DNA from: Sphagnum compactum
Taxonomy: Eukaryota
Reading direction: 5' to 3'
DNA length: 64,000 nt
NCBI GenBank assembly: GCA_965153455.1
Contig: OZ234494.1
Coordinates: forward strand, 7,874,001 to 7,938,000
Below, piece after piece: positions 53,601-64,000 of this stretch. The position numbers were made by a program, and so were the translations under genes. The notes under the pieces were generated by a model. It worked only from the letters and a program-made list of their open reading frames with translations. It ran no database searches and was not told the DNA's origin. Each line of letters starts with the position of its first letter. The first letter of the stretch is position 1.

Positions 53601-56600
53601 TTTGGGAGCTCTTAGAACTATAACAAATGTTTAGCCTCACGACAGTGGGGCTTGTAGTTGATAGTGAAATAAAACTGAAATGGGGCCATGACATTTATTC
53701 CTAGAATATATAGGTGTTGGATATAATGGACTGTTTCAGATGCTTTTAGGAATGAATAACCTTGTTTATGAGCAAAAAAGGTTAAATGTGTTCATGATTT
53801 TCATATTGAGAGTAGAAAAGAACTTCATACATTACCTTTTAGAAGACACAAAACATACAAAGTAACTCAATATTACTTATAAAGTTTGTTAGCCCATGCA
53901 AATGTCATTGAATCTTTTGTCATGATTCATAATGGCCCATATGCCCATTGAATAGCTTTTGGTCTTGTAGTAGCAATAGTCAATGACATGGAGTTTTGAC
54001 TTTGAACATAAATTTAATATTAATCAATGACACTGATAACTAATGGCAATCCACTCAATTATTGTTAGAATCCTTCCATAACCCTCACAAGCTCAATATC
54101 TTGTGGCCAAGGTATTCGTTGCGTACATATTATATTCATGGTAACAATACATTCACAAAGGACCATGCAAATTGAAAACTTGTCTACCATGAAAAGTTCA
54201 TTGCATACGTATTCAATTGCATGCACAAGCTTACAAATTGCTTAAACAACCATGATTCCTAAGGGTATATAGTACATTGACAATCTAATATAATATAACT
54301 TTCAATGTTTCACACAATTGTGCAATATAAGCAATTTAATTACAAAGAAGCTTTTCATCTAACTTCGGTTATCACAAATTAAGTCATCACAAATTGGGGA
54401 TGCCATGTGGTTGATCTTACCTTTCACTTGGTCCCCCAAGTCTTGAGTTTGTAACAACATACACACACATGAAAGTGGACATTAATGGAGGACTAGAACA
54501 TTCCTTAGATCTTGAAAATGTGTCTGAGTTATCACTTCATCCTCAACAAAACAATATTCTTCTCGAAAATAAAAAATTACACGAGAAAGAAAGTAGTTGC
54601 AATTATACAAGAAGGTGCACAAGTTGAACAAAAGAGCCAAATATTGTAGTGTGAGTCATCATGTCAAACTTCTAGGGATTTCTATAAGTGATGGTTTATA
54701 TGTGAACAATATTAAGACTATCTACACATGTTGCACAAATACTGAGTCGAATGATACAAGGCAAAACATCTCTTTGCTCCACAAGTTTTCGTTGTGAATT
54801 TATCCCTCTCATGTGTTTTCCATGCACAATGGTATGTAGGATGTGCCTCAAGCAAACCAATCTTATAGTTGGATTCACAACAGTTTGATCTAAGGTACAT
54901 CAAGGAAGTAATCTAATGAAAGAATGTCCAAATTATGTGGTGACATGTTGCAGAGGTTTTTAGCAATTTCTTCTTCATCAAACATGCAGCCTTGACAACT
55001 ACTACTATTGTAGCTGATTGGCTGATGGAATCTGGGAAGCAGACAAATTCTTGCTATCTAAGAATGTTGTGCAAATGTTATGGATCTGGCCATCTCTTTT
55101 TGCCCAAGTGAAGATCAGTGCAAAAGTTATCTCCCACAACCTCTCTGTCTCATCGCACAATTTAGGATCTGAATTCTGCCCAACCAAGTAGTGAAAAATT
55201 GTATAGTGATTCTCTTTCTGATTTTCTCTAATTTTGTTTCCAGTTTGCAAACAGGAAGCTCTGAGCGGTTTATATTCCAAGATGGGCAAGTAGTCTAGAG
55301 GAGAAATATCAATATGATGGAGAATGCCAGGAGACATGTTACAGGCCCTTCTGACCAGGTAGCCAGCCAGGATTTGCCATTCCTGATGAGTTAGGAAAAC
55401 AGGTCTCGTGTTGTCTAATGCCGATTCTGTGTTTCCAGTTTGGCAACTGACTGCAGAGCAAGCTTGGGAGGATGGAATGGCCAACCTCTTAATGACTTGC
55501 TTTCTTGAAGAGAGCTCATCTAAGCCATCACAGAAGCTCATGAGGTGATGAGCTTCACAGAGCTCTCTTCACAAGGTGATGACTTAGCAACAACTCACCT
55601 GATGACAAGAATGAATGATTTGAGAAATTTGCATGTTGCTGAGGATGCAACCACATTACCCAGACCCAGCACTGACTATCTCTGAGTTCATGATTCACAA
55701 CTGGATCAGAACAAGTGGGCATCTGTCGAGTGCAACTCAACATGCATCATCAACTGAGTGCCAGCTTTTTTGATGTGTGTCAGTCACCTGGTATGTGATC
55801 AATTCTTCATCAATTTCTTCCTTGAAACCAATTGGTAATGTGAGTCGAGTGAAATGCAAGTGTTGGTATTCAGACCTTCAAGTTGGCAATGGTCATGCCA
55901 ATCCTTGGACCAGACCACGAATTCACATGATATCATGTTTCCTTTGACTAAGGCAATCAATCCTCCCCGTTCTTCCAAGATGTGGAATAGACCACATCCT
56001 TTGATTTGGGGGGGGGCAGGTGGGGTTGAGACTTGAGACTCAGCCCATACTCTGAGCGTTGTAGAATTTTTGATTCTGGTTAGCTCAAACCCTATTCAAG
56101 CTTTGCAGGAACAACCACCCATTCCTTCAGCTTACAGTCTGCCTAACTAAGAGGTTCCTGAAGAGATAGATGCAAGGGAACTGAACAAGGAATGGAGAGG
56201 ATGCAGACAGGCCATGTAGTTGCTGTATGGATTCAACATGAATAACTACAGCAGAAAGAAATGAAAATAGAATTTCGGAAATCAAAAGCCTTACAGAGTG
56301 CTGCTCTGTTGCTGGGTTGAAATTCACCATTGCTTCCAACAACCAGATATCCATTGCTCCATCCTTGTGTCCGATGCTACTAAGGTTACTTTCTTCTCGT
56401 AAGTCTGATGGAAACCCCCCTTCCTTGCTTGGTCACATCTGTATCGATGATCTTCATTTCACAAGGAAGCTGCTACTAGGGTTGGTAGATAAAATCCTTG
56501 GAGCAAAGATTTCTTTCTGGGGATACAGAAGTGCGAAGAGAAGAAGAAACTCTTGATGAAGACGATGACAACAACCAAAGACGATTGTTGGGTCGTTCTG

Positions 56601-56617
56601 TAAAGCTTGGAATTGGT

Positions 56618-56745
56618 TCATGTGCATCAGATCCCTGTCCATCCTCCTGTCGAGCTCCTTAGGTCATGTGCATCAGATCCCTGTACTTCCTCCTGAAGAG
56701 CTCCTTGGGTCATGTGCATCAGATCCCTGTCCCTCCTCGTCTCGA
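56618..56745. repeat. Three tandem 46-bp units directly upstream of the 56841 gene
   Basis: TCATGTGCATCAGATCCCTGT at 56618, 56664 and 56710. Confidence 0.92.
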
Positions 56746-56840
56746 GTTCCTTCATCCGCCGTCCCCTGTTTTCCCGGCGTGCGAGACAGACAGATGCAGA
56801 GAGCTATAAGATCCTGGCGCAGGTGAGGTGAGGTGAGGCT

Positions 56841-59084
56841 ATGAAGGAAGGAACGATGGGGGATGTTGGGTTGCGCAACCCTTTCGTGTTGCGAGTGGGG
56901 CAGGTGATGAGCGGTTTTGGCGCTGGCTGTGGCTTGGGCATTGGTGTGGGGGTTCCAATCCCTTCTTTGGGTATGGATGTCTCGTTGTTTTCGCGTTCTT
57001 TGCAATCTCAGGTAGCTTAAGGATTTTTCCATGTACCTAGGGGTGAGGAATCATTGTTCAGGAGGGAGCGTGGCACTGCAGACATACCAGGGATCAGTGG
57101 AGTCATGAGCGCAGCACAAGGTGCCACAAGGCGCATTGGTGGCAGCCATCACGTGCAAAGTCTGGTACGTTGTTGCGAGCCTCATAACACCCCAGTGTAG
57201 TTTTTCTTGCTGAAATCAAAGCGCACATTGTTGCCGTCATGAATGAATTGATGCAGCAGCAAACCTTAAACCCTAAACCCTTGCTGGCAAGCCCTCTTAG
57301 TGCAACCCCACAGGAGCCCCACAGCGGTTTCCCACCTCTTACAATTGCAGATCTTCACATGCTGCGGCTCCTGCTGATCAAGTGTGTCAGATAAGGAGAG
57401 TGGGCATCAAGAATTTGCAAGCTGGAATTGGGTGCGGAGTTGGGATAGGCCATGGCTTTGGTGTTGGTCAGTTTTCTCCTCCATGCTTGCTTGCCTCACT
57501 TGCTCACTCCCTTGCTTGTTGACAACAATTTTGCATTCATGCTGTCTTTCAGCTTCATTAATGCTCGGTCCCTGTATGCTGAAATGCATCAATTGTACAC
57601 TAAGCTTGTACCTGAAAGCTTTGTGACATCTTGGGTACACAAACAAAGAATCAATTGTATACCCAAGATTCTTCTGAGGCACAAATCACAAGTGATCAGT
57701 CTTCAAGATGCTCAACTGAGTCATGCTGAATGAACTGGAATCCACCAAATATTGTTGTGGAATTTCAGGATCCAGATGCCCAGTAGTGTATTGTGGAATA
57801 GGGGCAGAGTTTAACAGTGACTGCAGAGAAAGAGCAGGAGGTGATGATGATGATGATGATGATGATATGGAGTTGAGGGTTTGGCAGGCATTGCGCTGAA
57901 ACCAGGGGTGGCACAACAGGCAGTGCACTTGTTTCAGGTGTGTTTTTTGTGGTTGTTGCATTGTGATGGCAATGTGTTGACTGTTTCTAGTTTATACATA
58001 AAGCATTCTGTCAGACATGAAATAGGTGTAGACTTTTCTTTCCTTGACTGTAACTTAGATCTAATACATGGAACCAATTGCACACCTGTAGGTGGGTGTT
58101 GACCAACATTGTTCTGCAGCAAATACGTTTCTTGCTTTTGATACAGCACGACTGATATCTCAACCTTGTTGTTTGTAATGGTGTAACTGCTTGGGAAAAA
58201 ACTATACCCCTTCACTACTAGTTCCACTTGGACATGTTTTCCCATGTAATTTGTCATGCACTGCTTTCCTGATTGATGGGTTGGGACAGGAAGCTGTTTC
58301 TGTGTTGAAAAATAAATTGCTGTCGAGAGTGGATGGTGGTGGCAACCAGGTGGAAGCACTTCCTGGAATTCGAACTGGATCAGCCCAACCTGGGACTGTT
58401 GTATCACCAAATTCAGAGCAAGGTCGCATTGTGCCATCCATCAAGCACTCTGATTCTGAGGTTGTCATATCAGACCTTGCCTTTGTTCTACTTCTGATGT
58501 TAGCTAGCTGGTTAGACAGGGCTTTGTGTGGCACCTTCTCGGGGCTGGATTCCTATTCCAGTGAAGCTGTCGTTGGATGCTTAGGCTTGTCTTATGCAAT
58601 TCTTATTCAGGTGGAGAGATTGCAGACTCAAAATGAGATCCTTCGCACTGTAAGCACTTCTTGTTACCACTTTTAACTGCTAGCTTTTTCCTTGCACATA
58701 TACATGTACTGTGATCTGGATCATCATGATGTGCACCATCTTGACTGCTTCTTTTCGCATCCCTGTCTGGGACTCTATTTCAGTTCCAAGAAAGGGTACA
58801 CTGGGTTCTTCTTGACTTTTCAAGTTTTTATATGTTTCTTTGACACAATGCCAAAGTCTTCTGTTGTGTTTTATGGGCCTTTTTGTGTAAAGCTTTTGAG
58901 GCATCAGGAGAAAATTGAGGAGCTTGAGCAACAAAATGCTCTTTTACGAGAGGAGCTGAACAGTGAGCGCAACATTGGCAACAGAGCTATCCAGGATCAT
59001 TATGCTAGACTTCCTAACTTGCACCAACCAAGTGATCGTGCAATTTGTTTTTCTTGTAGGAGACGGGCTCGCCGAAGAACCTGA
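56841..59084 (+). CDS. Conserved plant protein of unknown function, glycine-rich N-terminus with C-terminal coiled coil and CxxC-basic tail, ~246 aa, 7 exons
   Basis: Exons 56841-56970, 57082-57164, 57391-57466, 57888-57937, 58290-58460, 58611-58649, 58893-59084 (741 nt, in frame, GT..AG). Translation: MKEGTMGDVGLRNPFVLRVGQVMSGFGAGCGLGIGVGVPIPSLDIPGISGVMSAAQGAT...IRRVGIKNLQAGIGCGVGIGHGFGVGIALKPGV...VERLQTQNEILRTLLRHQEKIEELEQQNALLREEL...AICFSCRRRARRRT*. Recalled family motifs NPFxLxVGQVxxGFGxGCG, AGIGCGVGxGHGFGVGxAxKP and CFxCRR. The exon 5 donor is weak and uncertain. Confidence 0.88.
57843..57866. repeat. (GAT)n microsatellite in intron 3
   Basis: Visible run of ~8 GAT units. Confidence 0.9.
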
Positions 59085-59954
59085 CAATGTCAGTCATTTG
59101 ATGCTTCCCTCCATTATATTTGGGAATAGAAACAGGAGTATTTTGGTTGAAACTGTGCTTGCTGCTTTGTATTTGTGTTCTTCTGAACTGTTGCATGTTG
59201 TACCAGTTTCAAGCTGAAGTGTGGAAATGCTTTTGTTTCTTGCCAATCATGGCAGAACAAATGCCTTACTGCTGGTTTCAAGAAGGTATAAGTGCAGCCT
59301 GTGATCATAGCCTAAGAAGTGCCATGTGGGTGCACATATGTGATGATGATTTGTCATGGTTTTTGAGAATGTGCTTAGACCATGCCCAAATGATGGAAGG
59401 ATTCCCTCAAGCTGAGCTCCTTGAAACTTGACCCAAGTAGAGTTTCACATGGATGGTAGTATAGGAGTCTCTTTTTCCAAGTCACAAGAGCATGGAATGA
59501 AGGATAAACTGAATGAATGATTCTTCCATTTTGTGACAGGCGTAGTAGTACTACTACAGCTAATCTGTGATCCTGTTATCTGTCAGATCGTGGCATCCAT
59601 TAAGGTTGAAATGCCAGAATCTTCAGCTCTGCTGAGTAGTGGAATACTCAAGGTGATGAAGTGGGTGCAGGATTGTGTTCCTGTAGCCCTCATGTTTGTT
59701 GGTGGGATAACTTGCATACCATTTTGGATGTGGTAGACATTGGTAGAGCCTGACAAATTGGGTGTGGGTGGATCTCCTCTAATGAGATTATTTAAGACCC
59801 TTTCGATAATAAATCCTCCAATAGAACTCAAGCTAAAAACTAAACTGCCTGGGATTTTCATGAGAACACCCTTCAGTCTCTTGATTAGTTCCAATATAGT
59901 CTTTGGTTTCCAGGCCAAACCTATTGCCAAGTGTCCACCTAGCAGCATCCCCAG

Positions 59955-60392
59955 CAGTACTCCGTATGTGACCCTGCAAAAATATATCTCACCTTCAAGT
60001 CTGCAAAAATATATCTCACCTTCAAGTTTAGTTTGTGAAAGTGGGACTGCAAATAGCTGGGAGACTACTAATAGCAAACCACCTAGACCAATCATTGTGA
60101 TTGGCCAATTGGAAACAGCGAGCAGCAATGGGATCATTTTTATTAGAGTCTTCTCTCAAAGGTGAAGACATACTGCAAATAGCTGGGAGACTCCTAATAG
60201 CAAACTACCTGGACCAATCATTATGATTGCCAATTGGAAACAGGGAGCAGCAATTAGATCATTTTTTATTAAGCTCTTCTCTCAAAGGTGAAAACATATT
60301 GGGCAGGCAAAAACCGTCTTGCAGAGCCAAACCAGCGTGATTTGACTTTTCTTCATCCAATTTTAATGTGCGGAGTCACATAGTGAACACTA
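59955..60392. mobile_element. MITE-like element (~440 bp) with imperfect TIRs and internal tandem duplications
   Basis: Left CAGTACTCCGTATGTGACCCTGCA vs right revcomp TAGTGTTCACTATGTGACTCCGCA. Internal 27-bp (59974-60027) and ~125-bp (60046-60298) duplications; a second partial copy at 47451. No TSD recognised. Confidence 0.55.
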
Positions 60393-62294
60393 AGGCTTGA
60401 TTTCTAACACTAAGGGATATGCTCTAAGGCTTGATTCCTCAAGTTCAACAAATTTAATTTAAGAACCTTCAACTTGTTAGGTGAACCTTTGGTTCTGGTT
60501 TGGACACTTGAGCAAGTTTTGGTAGGTTCTCAGGTGCAGGTTTGAGTTCGGTTTTTCAAATTTCTAAACCTTAGGATTCCAATTTCAGCACTTTTTTAAA
60601 AATCCAATTGAACACTTTGGGCTTAGTTTGAAAATTGAGTCCAATTCCACCTTATTACAAATATTGTTTTGGTTTTCATGTTTATGGGTGTGAATTGAGA
60701 AACAATTAGTACATTCTGTTGAATTTGTTAAAGATCGCTAGAGGCCCAAATAAAAAGGGGTATGGGTGAAAGTCTTTAGAGAATGTAAATCACACTTAAG
60801 ATTTATTTCTAGTGTATTTTGAGATACCTTTATAAGTACAATTTTCTCCACCCTAACATCAATGTTCTAGCATTTATTAGTAACTTGGGGCCAATTTACA
60901 ATCCAAAAATTGCTCAAAGTTGGGCCCAAGTTTTTTTGGCCCTGACTCCTAGTGTAAACGGGCCTCAAATGGTACCTTTATTTTGATAATGTTGTCCTAC
61001 TTGGGCTTTACCTACCACATAATGGTTCCCAATGGATGATGCACAGGTGTAGGTCACATAACCATCCCTTGTGAGAAATCTCAATGCTTTGATTGATTAG
61101 GTCATCTATCCAAGTTACAACCTATAACCTGATATAATTATATAACTTGATATAATTTTATTATTATTTATGTAATTACGTAAAGATTAAAATTGGTAAT
61201 TTATTTGGTGATTAGATTTTATAATTAAATTATGATTTGATCATAATTTCAATTAATGTGTATTGATTCGTATATAATAATTCATATGAAAAGTTTTTTT
61301 CATATTATTATGCATGTTGAATCACATTAAGAGTCATGTGATGTGTAAATTTAAAATTTTTTGTTTAATTTTTTTTTGGTTAATATATAAGTGAATGTTT
61401 ATAACTTTTAAAAACACTTTCATTCAAGAAAAAAAAAGTTGTTGTATGAGTGCAAAGTTTTATAAAATAGAATTATGAAAGGAATTAAAATTTTAATCTT
61501 ACATTTTTTTTAATATAATTTATATGTGTATGAAATCCATGATAAGATAATGGTGTGACATATTAGTTATACATAAAAAAAATAAAAAAAAATGAAAGAA
61601 ACAAAAACATAAATTTTCATAGTTGTATAAAAAATATACATAATTTCGATCTTAAACCCACTTATGATTTACATGTCCATGCAATTTTTAAAATTTTCTT
61701 TGAATTTTGCAGATCATGTGTAGTAGGTACATGAAAATGGAACCCTAAACCCTTCATATGGTCTTTCGTTCATGGACGATTCCAAAGACGATTATCAAAA
61801 ATAACTATCTCATTTTCAAGCTTAACTACATCTTTTTATAATTAAATTTTAAATAAATATCTTTCATCTTTACTAAAAATTATTTTCATTTTATAACTAT
61901 CTCACTCTTTTTCCCCATTCATCAACATGGATATTTAAAAATAAATTAACATGTGTCTTTTCATTTCCATAAATTGTATGTTAACTTAAATTAAACTTGA
62001 TATTTAACATAAATAATGATGAATTATTGAAAACCATATGAAAACAATAAGAAAAAATAAAATAATTCATTGTCACTGGTAGTGCGCAGCAGTGTGGAGC
62101 TCAAGTTGATAAATAGGTATAAGGCAGAAAACAAGCTGCCAAGGAGCCAGATAAAAGGCCAAAGCCAAGGTGGGCTTGATTCCAATAATGCCCCTGGCTG
62201 AGTTAATTGTTTTTTGAGTGATGGGCCAATCAAATTGACGATTTAAATGATCACTGGTCTGACACTTCTGAGCTTTGGGGGGGGGGGGGGGGGG

Positions 62295-63476
62295 GGGATT
62301 TCACCAAATGATGACTTTTTTTTCTTTTTTTTTTTTTCCAAAGTGGCAAAAGTTAAGTGTTTTTTGTTGCCAAAATTCTAATTTTTGTGGCCAGATTCTA
62401 TACTAAGTTCCAGCAGGTAGGTAGCCCAAAATAAAGAAGGAATGCTAAGTGTTTTGTTATGTACTTTCATATTTTCTAATAGCCAAACATGGTTAAATCA
62501 TCTTATGGAGGATCGCCATTTGGGCTACAGTACAAAATTGGAAAATAAAAAACCTGGGTCACCGTCACCGACTCCTCCCACTAACTGAACGTGCTATGAA
62601 GAACATATTGAGGAACACAATGGGAACAGTTATGGGAACCCATTGGGAACACATTGGGAGCCAAGAAAAAATGAAAAAAAATGAGAAAAAAAATATTAAT
62701 TAGGGAAGTTAGAGTAAAATTTACCGTCAGTGAGGAACGCCTCGTTAGGTACGCGTCGTCCCTGATTGTTTAGCGTGGTATCCAAGATCCTCAAAATGCC
62801 GGCGCTAGACTCTACCCAACGCTGTTGCTTAATAAATGCCCAACTGCAGTTACTGTTGCATTCTCTAGACGTGTAGGCGCCAGTATTTTCGCCAAGAAAC
62901 AATTCGCCACTTGGCGACCGAAGAAAATACAGGGCCTGCGATTTTCTGGAAAGGATTTTCTGGGGAAAAATCCTCCCAAATTCGCCAGATTTCTAGGAAA
63001 AACAACTGTTGAGATCGCCATATTTAGACGACTCTATATAGGTCCTTTTGCAAGTTGCCAGTATTCTACTTTTTTTTCTGACCTGTAGCCAGATTTTGGC
63101 TAAGTCCTCTTGTGGAGTATCGCCAGTTCACCTACCTCATGAAATTTGGGGAAAAAAAAACCCCCCTGAAACTTGGCGAACTTATTAGTGACGGTCAAGT
63201 GTTATTTTTGTCAATTTTGTATTATAGCCAAAGTGGCGATGATCAACAGGCAGATTTAATCAGATTTGGCTTCAAGCTAAATATGAAAGTAAAATTTTGA
63301 AACATCCTTCTATATTTCTGGCTACTCTACATGAAGCATATATAAAAATCTGGCAATTTTTCTTAAATTTTGGTAGAATTATGGCTATTGAAAATCTCGA
63401 CAACCACATGATTTTATCTCTTTTTAAAATTTTATTCTATCTTTTTGGCTATATAAAGCCAGCCAAAACAGATCTG
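62295..63476. repeat. Cluster of three related short dispersed elements (62295-62558 minus, 62881-63168 minus, 63197-63476 plus)
   Basis: Shared head CA(A)G-T-run-(C)AA(A)TTT...TGGCGAT..CCA/CAA..GA(T/C)TTA..C(A)..(T/C)TGGCT; further decayed copies at ~42020-42190 and ~46225-46500. Confidence 0.65.
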
Positions 63477-63797
63477 ATCTTTCTTCTCCCATCCCTTCTT
63501 CTGTTGCATCTCCCCATGTGTCGCTTTGCTTCCTGATCCATCTCTCATCTCGATCTTTCCTCTCTTTGATGTTGTTGGAATTGGCTCGGCTTTGTTATTG
63601 GATATGAGCAGCGTCTACAAGTTTCGTGTGGAGGTTTCGCAGCTCAACTGCAGGCATTGCGGGATTTCTTTGATTATTGAAGCGCTTGAAAACCGAGCAG
63701 CATCTCGACGTAAAAGCAAAGAAACTGATTCTGTTGCATTGTGTTGTTGTGACGTTGCGGCACCAGTCGCGGGAAAAAGAAGAAGAAGAAGAAGATC

Positions 63798-63981
63798 ATG
63801 GCAGATGTCGATCAGGGCAGCAGATCTTCTTCTACTCCGGTAGCTAATTTCCACACCATGCAGCACGCTCCTCCGGTGGTGAGAGTTGGCAGTTGTGTGA
63901 ACGCGTTCTTGCAGCTGTTCGAACGGAATTCTTTAAGCAAGCGCTTCTCCTTAACTCCTTCCAATCACCGCCTCTCGAGAG
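63798..63981 (+). CDS. First coding exon of a gene continuing beyond the window; possibly TRM/LONGIFOLIA (VARLMGL/DUF4378) family
   Basis: ATG 63798 in good context (ATCATGG) follows a CT-rich leader. Open frame MADVDQGSRSSSTPVANFHTMQHAPPVVRVGSCVNAFLQLFERNSLSKRFSLTPSNHRLSR ends at a consensus donor AG|GTATGT (63982). GSCVNAFLQLFE resembles the GCxxxFxQLFD N-terminal motif recalled for TRM proteins; the product call is tentative. Confidence 0.65.
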
Positions 63982-64000
63982 GTATGTATATATCATTTGC

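Noticed and set aside
55005-55541. 178-aa minus-strand ORF
   Set aside because: No recognisable motif or coding-like composition; kept only as part of a low-interest region.
57934-58934. Minus-strand ORFs (167, 110, 84 aa)
   Set aside because: Antisense shadows of the plus-strand spliced gene.
59583-60165. 184-aa and 141-aa ORFs on opposite strands
   Set aside because: They run across a MITE boundary and its tandem duplications (the repeated LEGEIYFCR peptide); no recognisable domain.
47451-60392. Inverted repeats 12.9 kb apart as TIRs of an element that captured the 56841 gene
   Set aside because: The right copy has its own left TIR at 59955, the left copy is a diverged truncated relative, and there is no TSD.

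Overview
Eukaryotic land-plant nuclear DNA, most likely a moss (a Sphagnum-like origin is inferred from the gene style and repeat types, not proven). Three intact spliced genes were reconstructed by hand. (1) A nucleobase-ascorbate transporter (NAT/NCS2) on the minus strand, with 12 exons in 22-3625, continuing off the left edge. (2) A 7-exon, ~246-aa conserved plant glycine-rich/coiled-coil protein of unknown function at 56841-59084 (+). (3) The first coding exon of a probable TRM/LONGIFOLIA-like gene at 63798-63981 (+). The ~50 kb between them is AT-rich, CpG-depleted transposon debris, and most ORF-track calls there are spurious. The most interesting object is an 11.6-kb Mutator-like element (26417-38045). 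It has ~33-bp TIRs, a 9-bp TSD and a paralogous empty site elsewhere in the window. It carries two convergent decayed genes (a truncated MULE/SWIM-family transposase and a C2H2 zinc-finger accessory gene) plus internal tandem arrays rich in a GGGTATTG motif, an architecture reminiscent of MuDR and the VANDAL/VANC anti-silencing systems. Also present: an apparently young 631-bp non-autonomous Helitron, a 1.5-kb CACTA element, MITE-like elements, several minisatellites (one built around TTTAGGG), and a dense MYB-core cluster in the NAT promoter.
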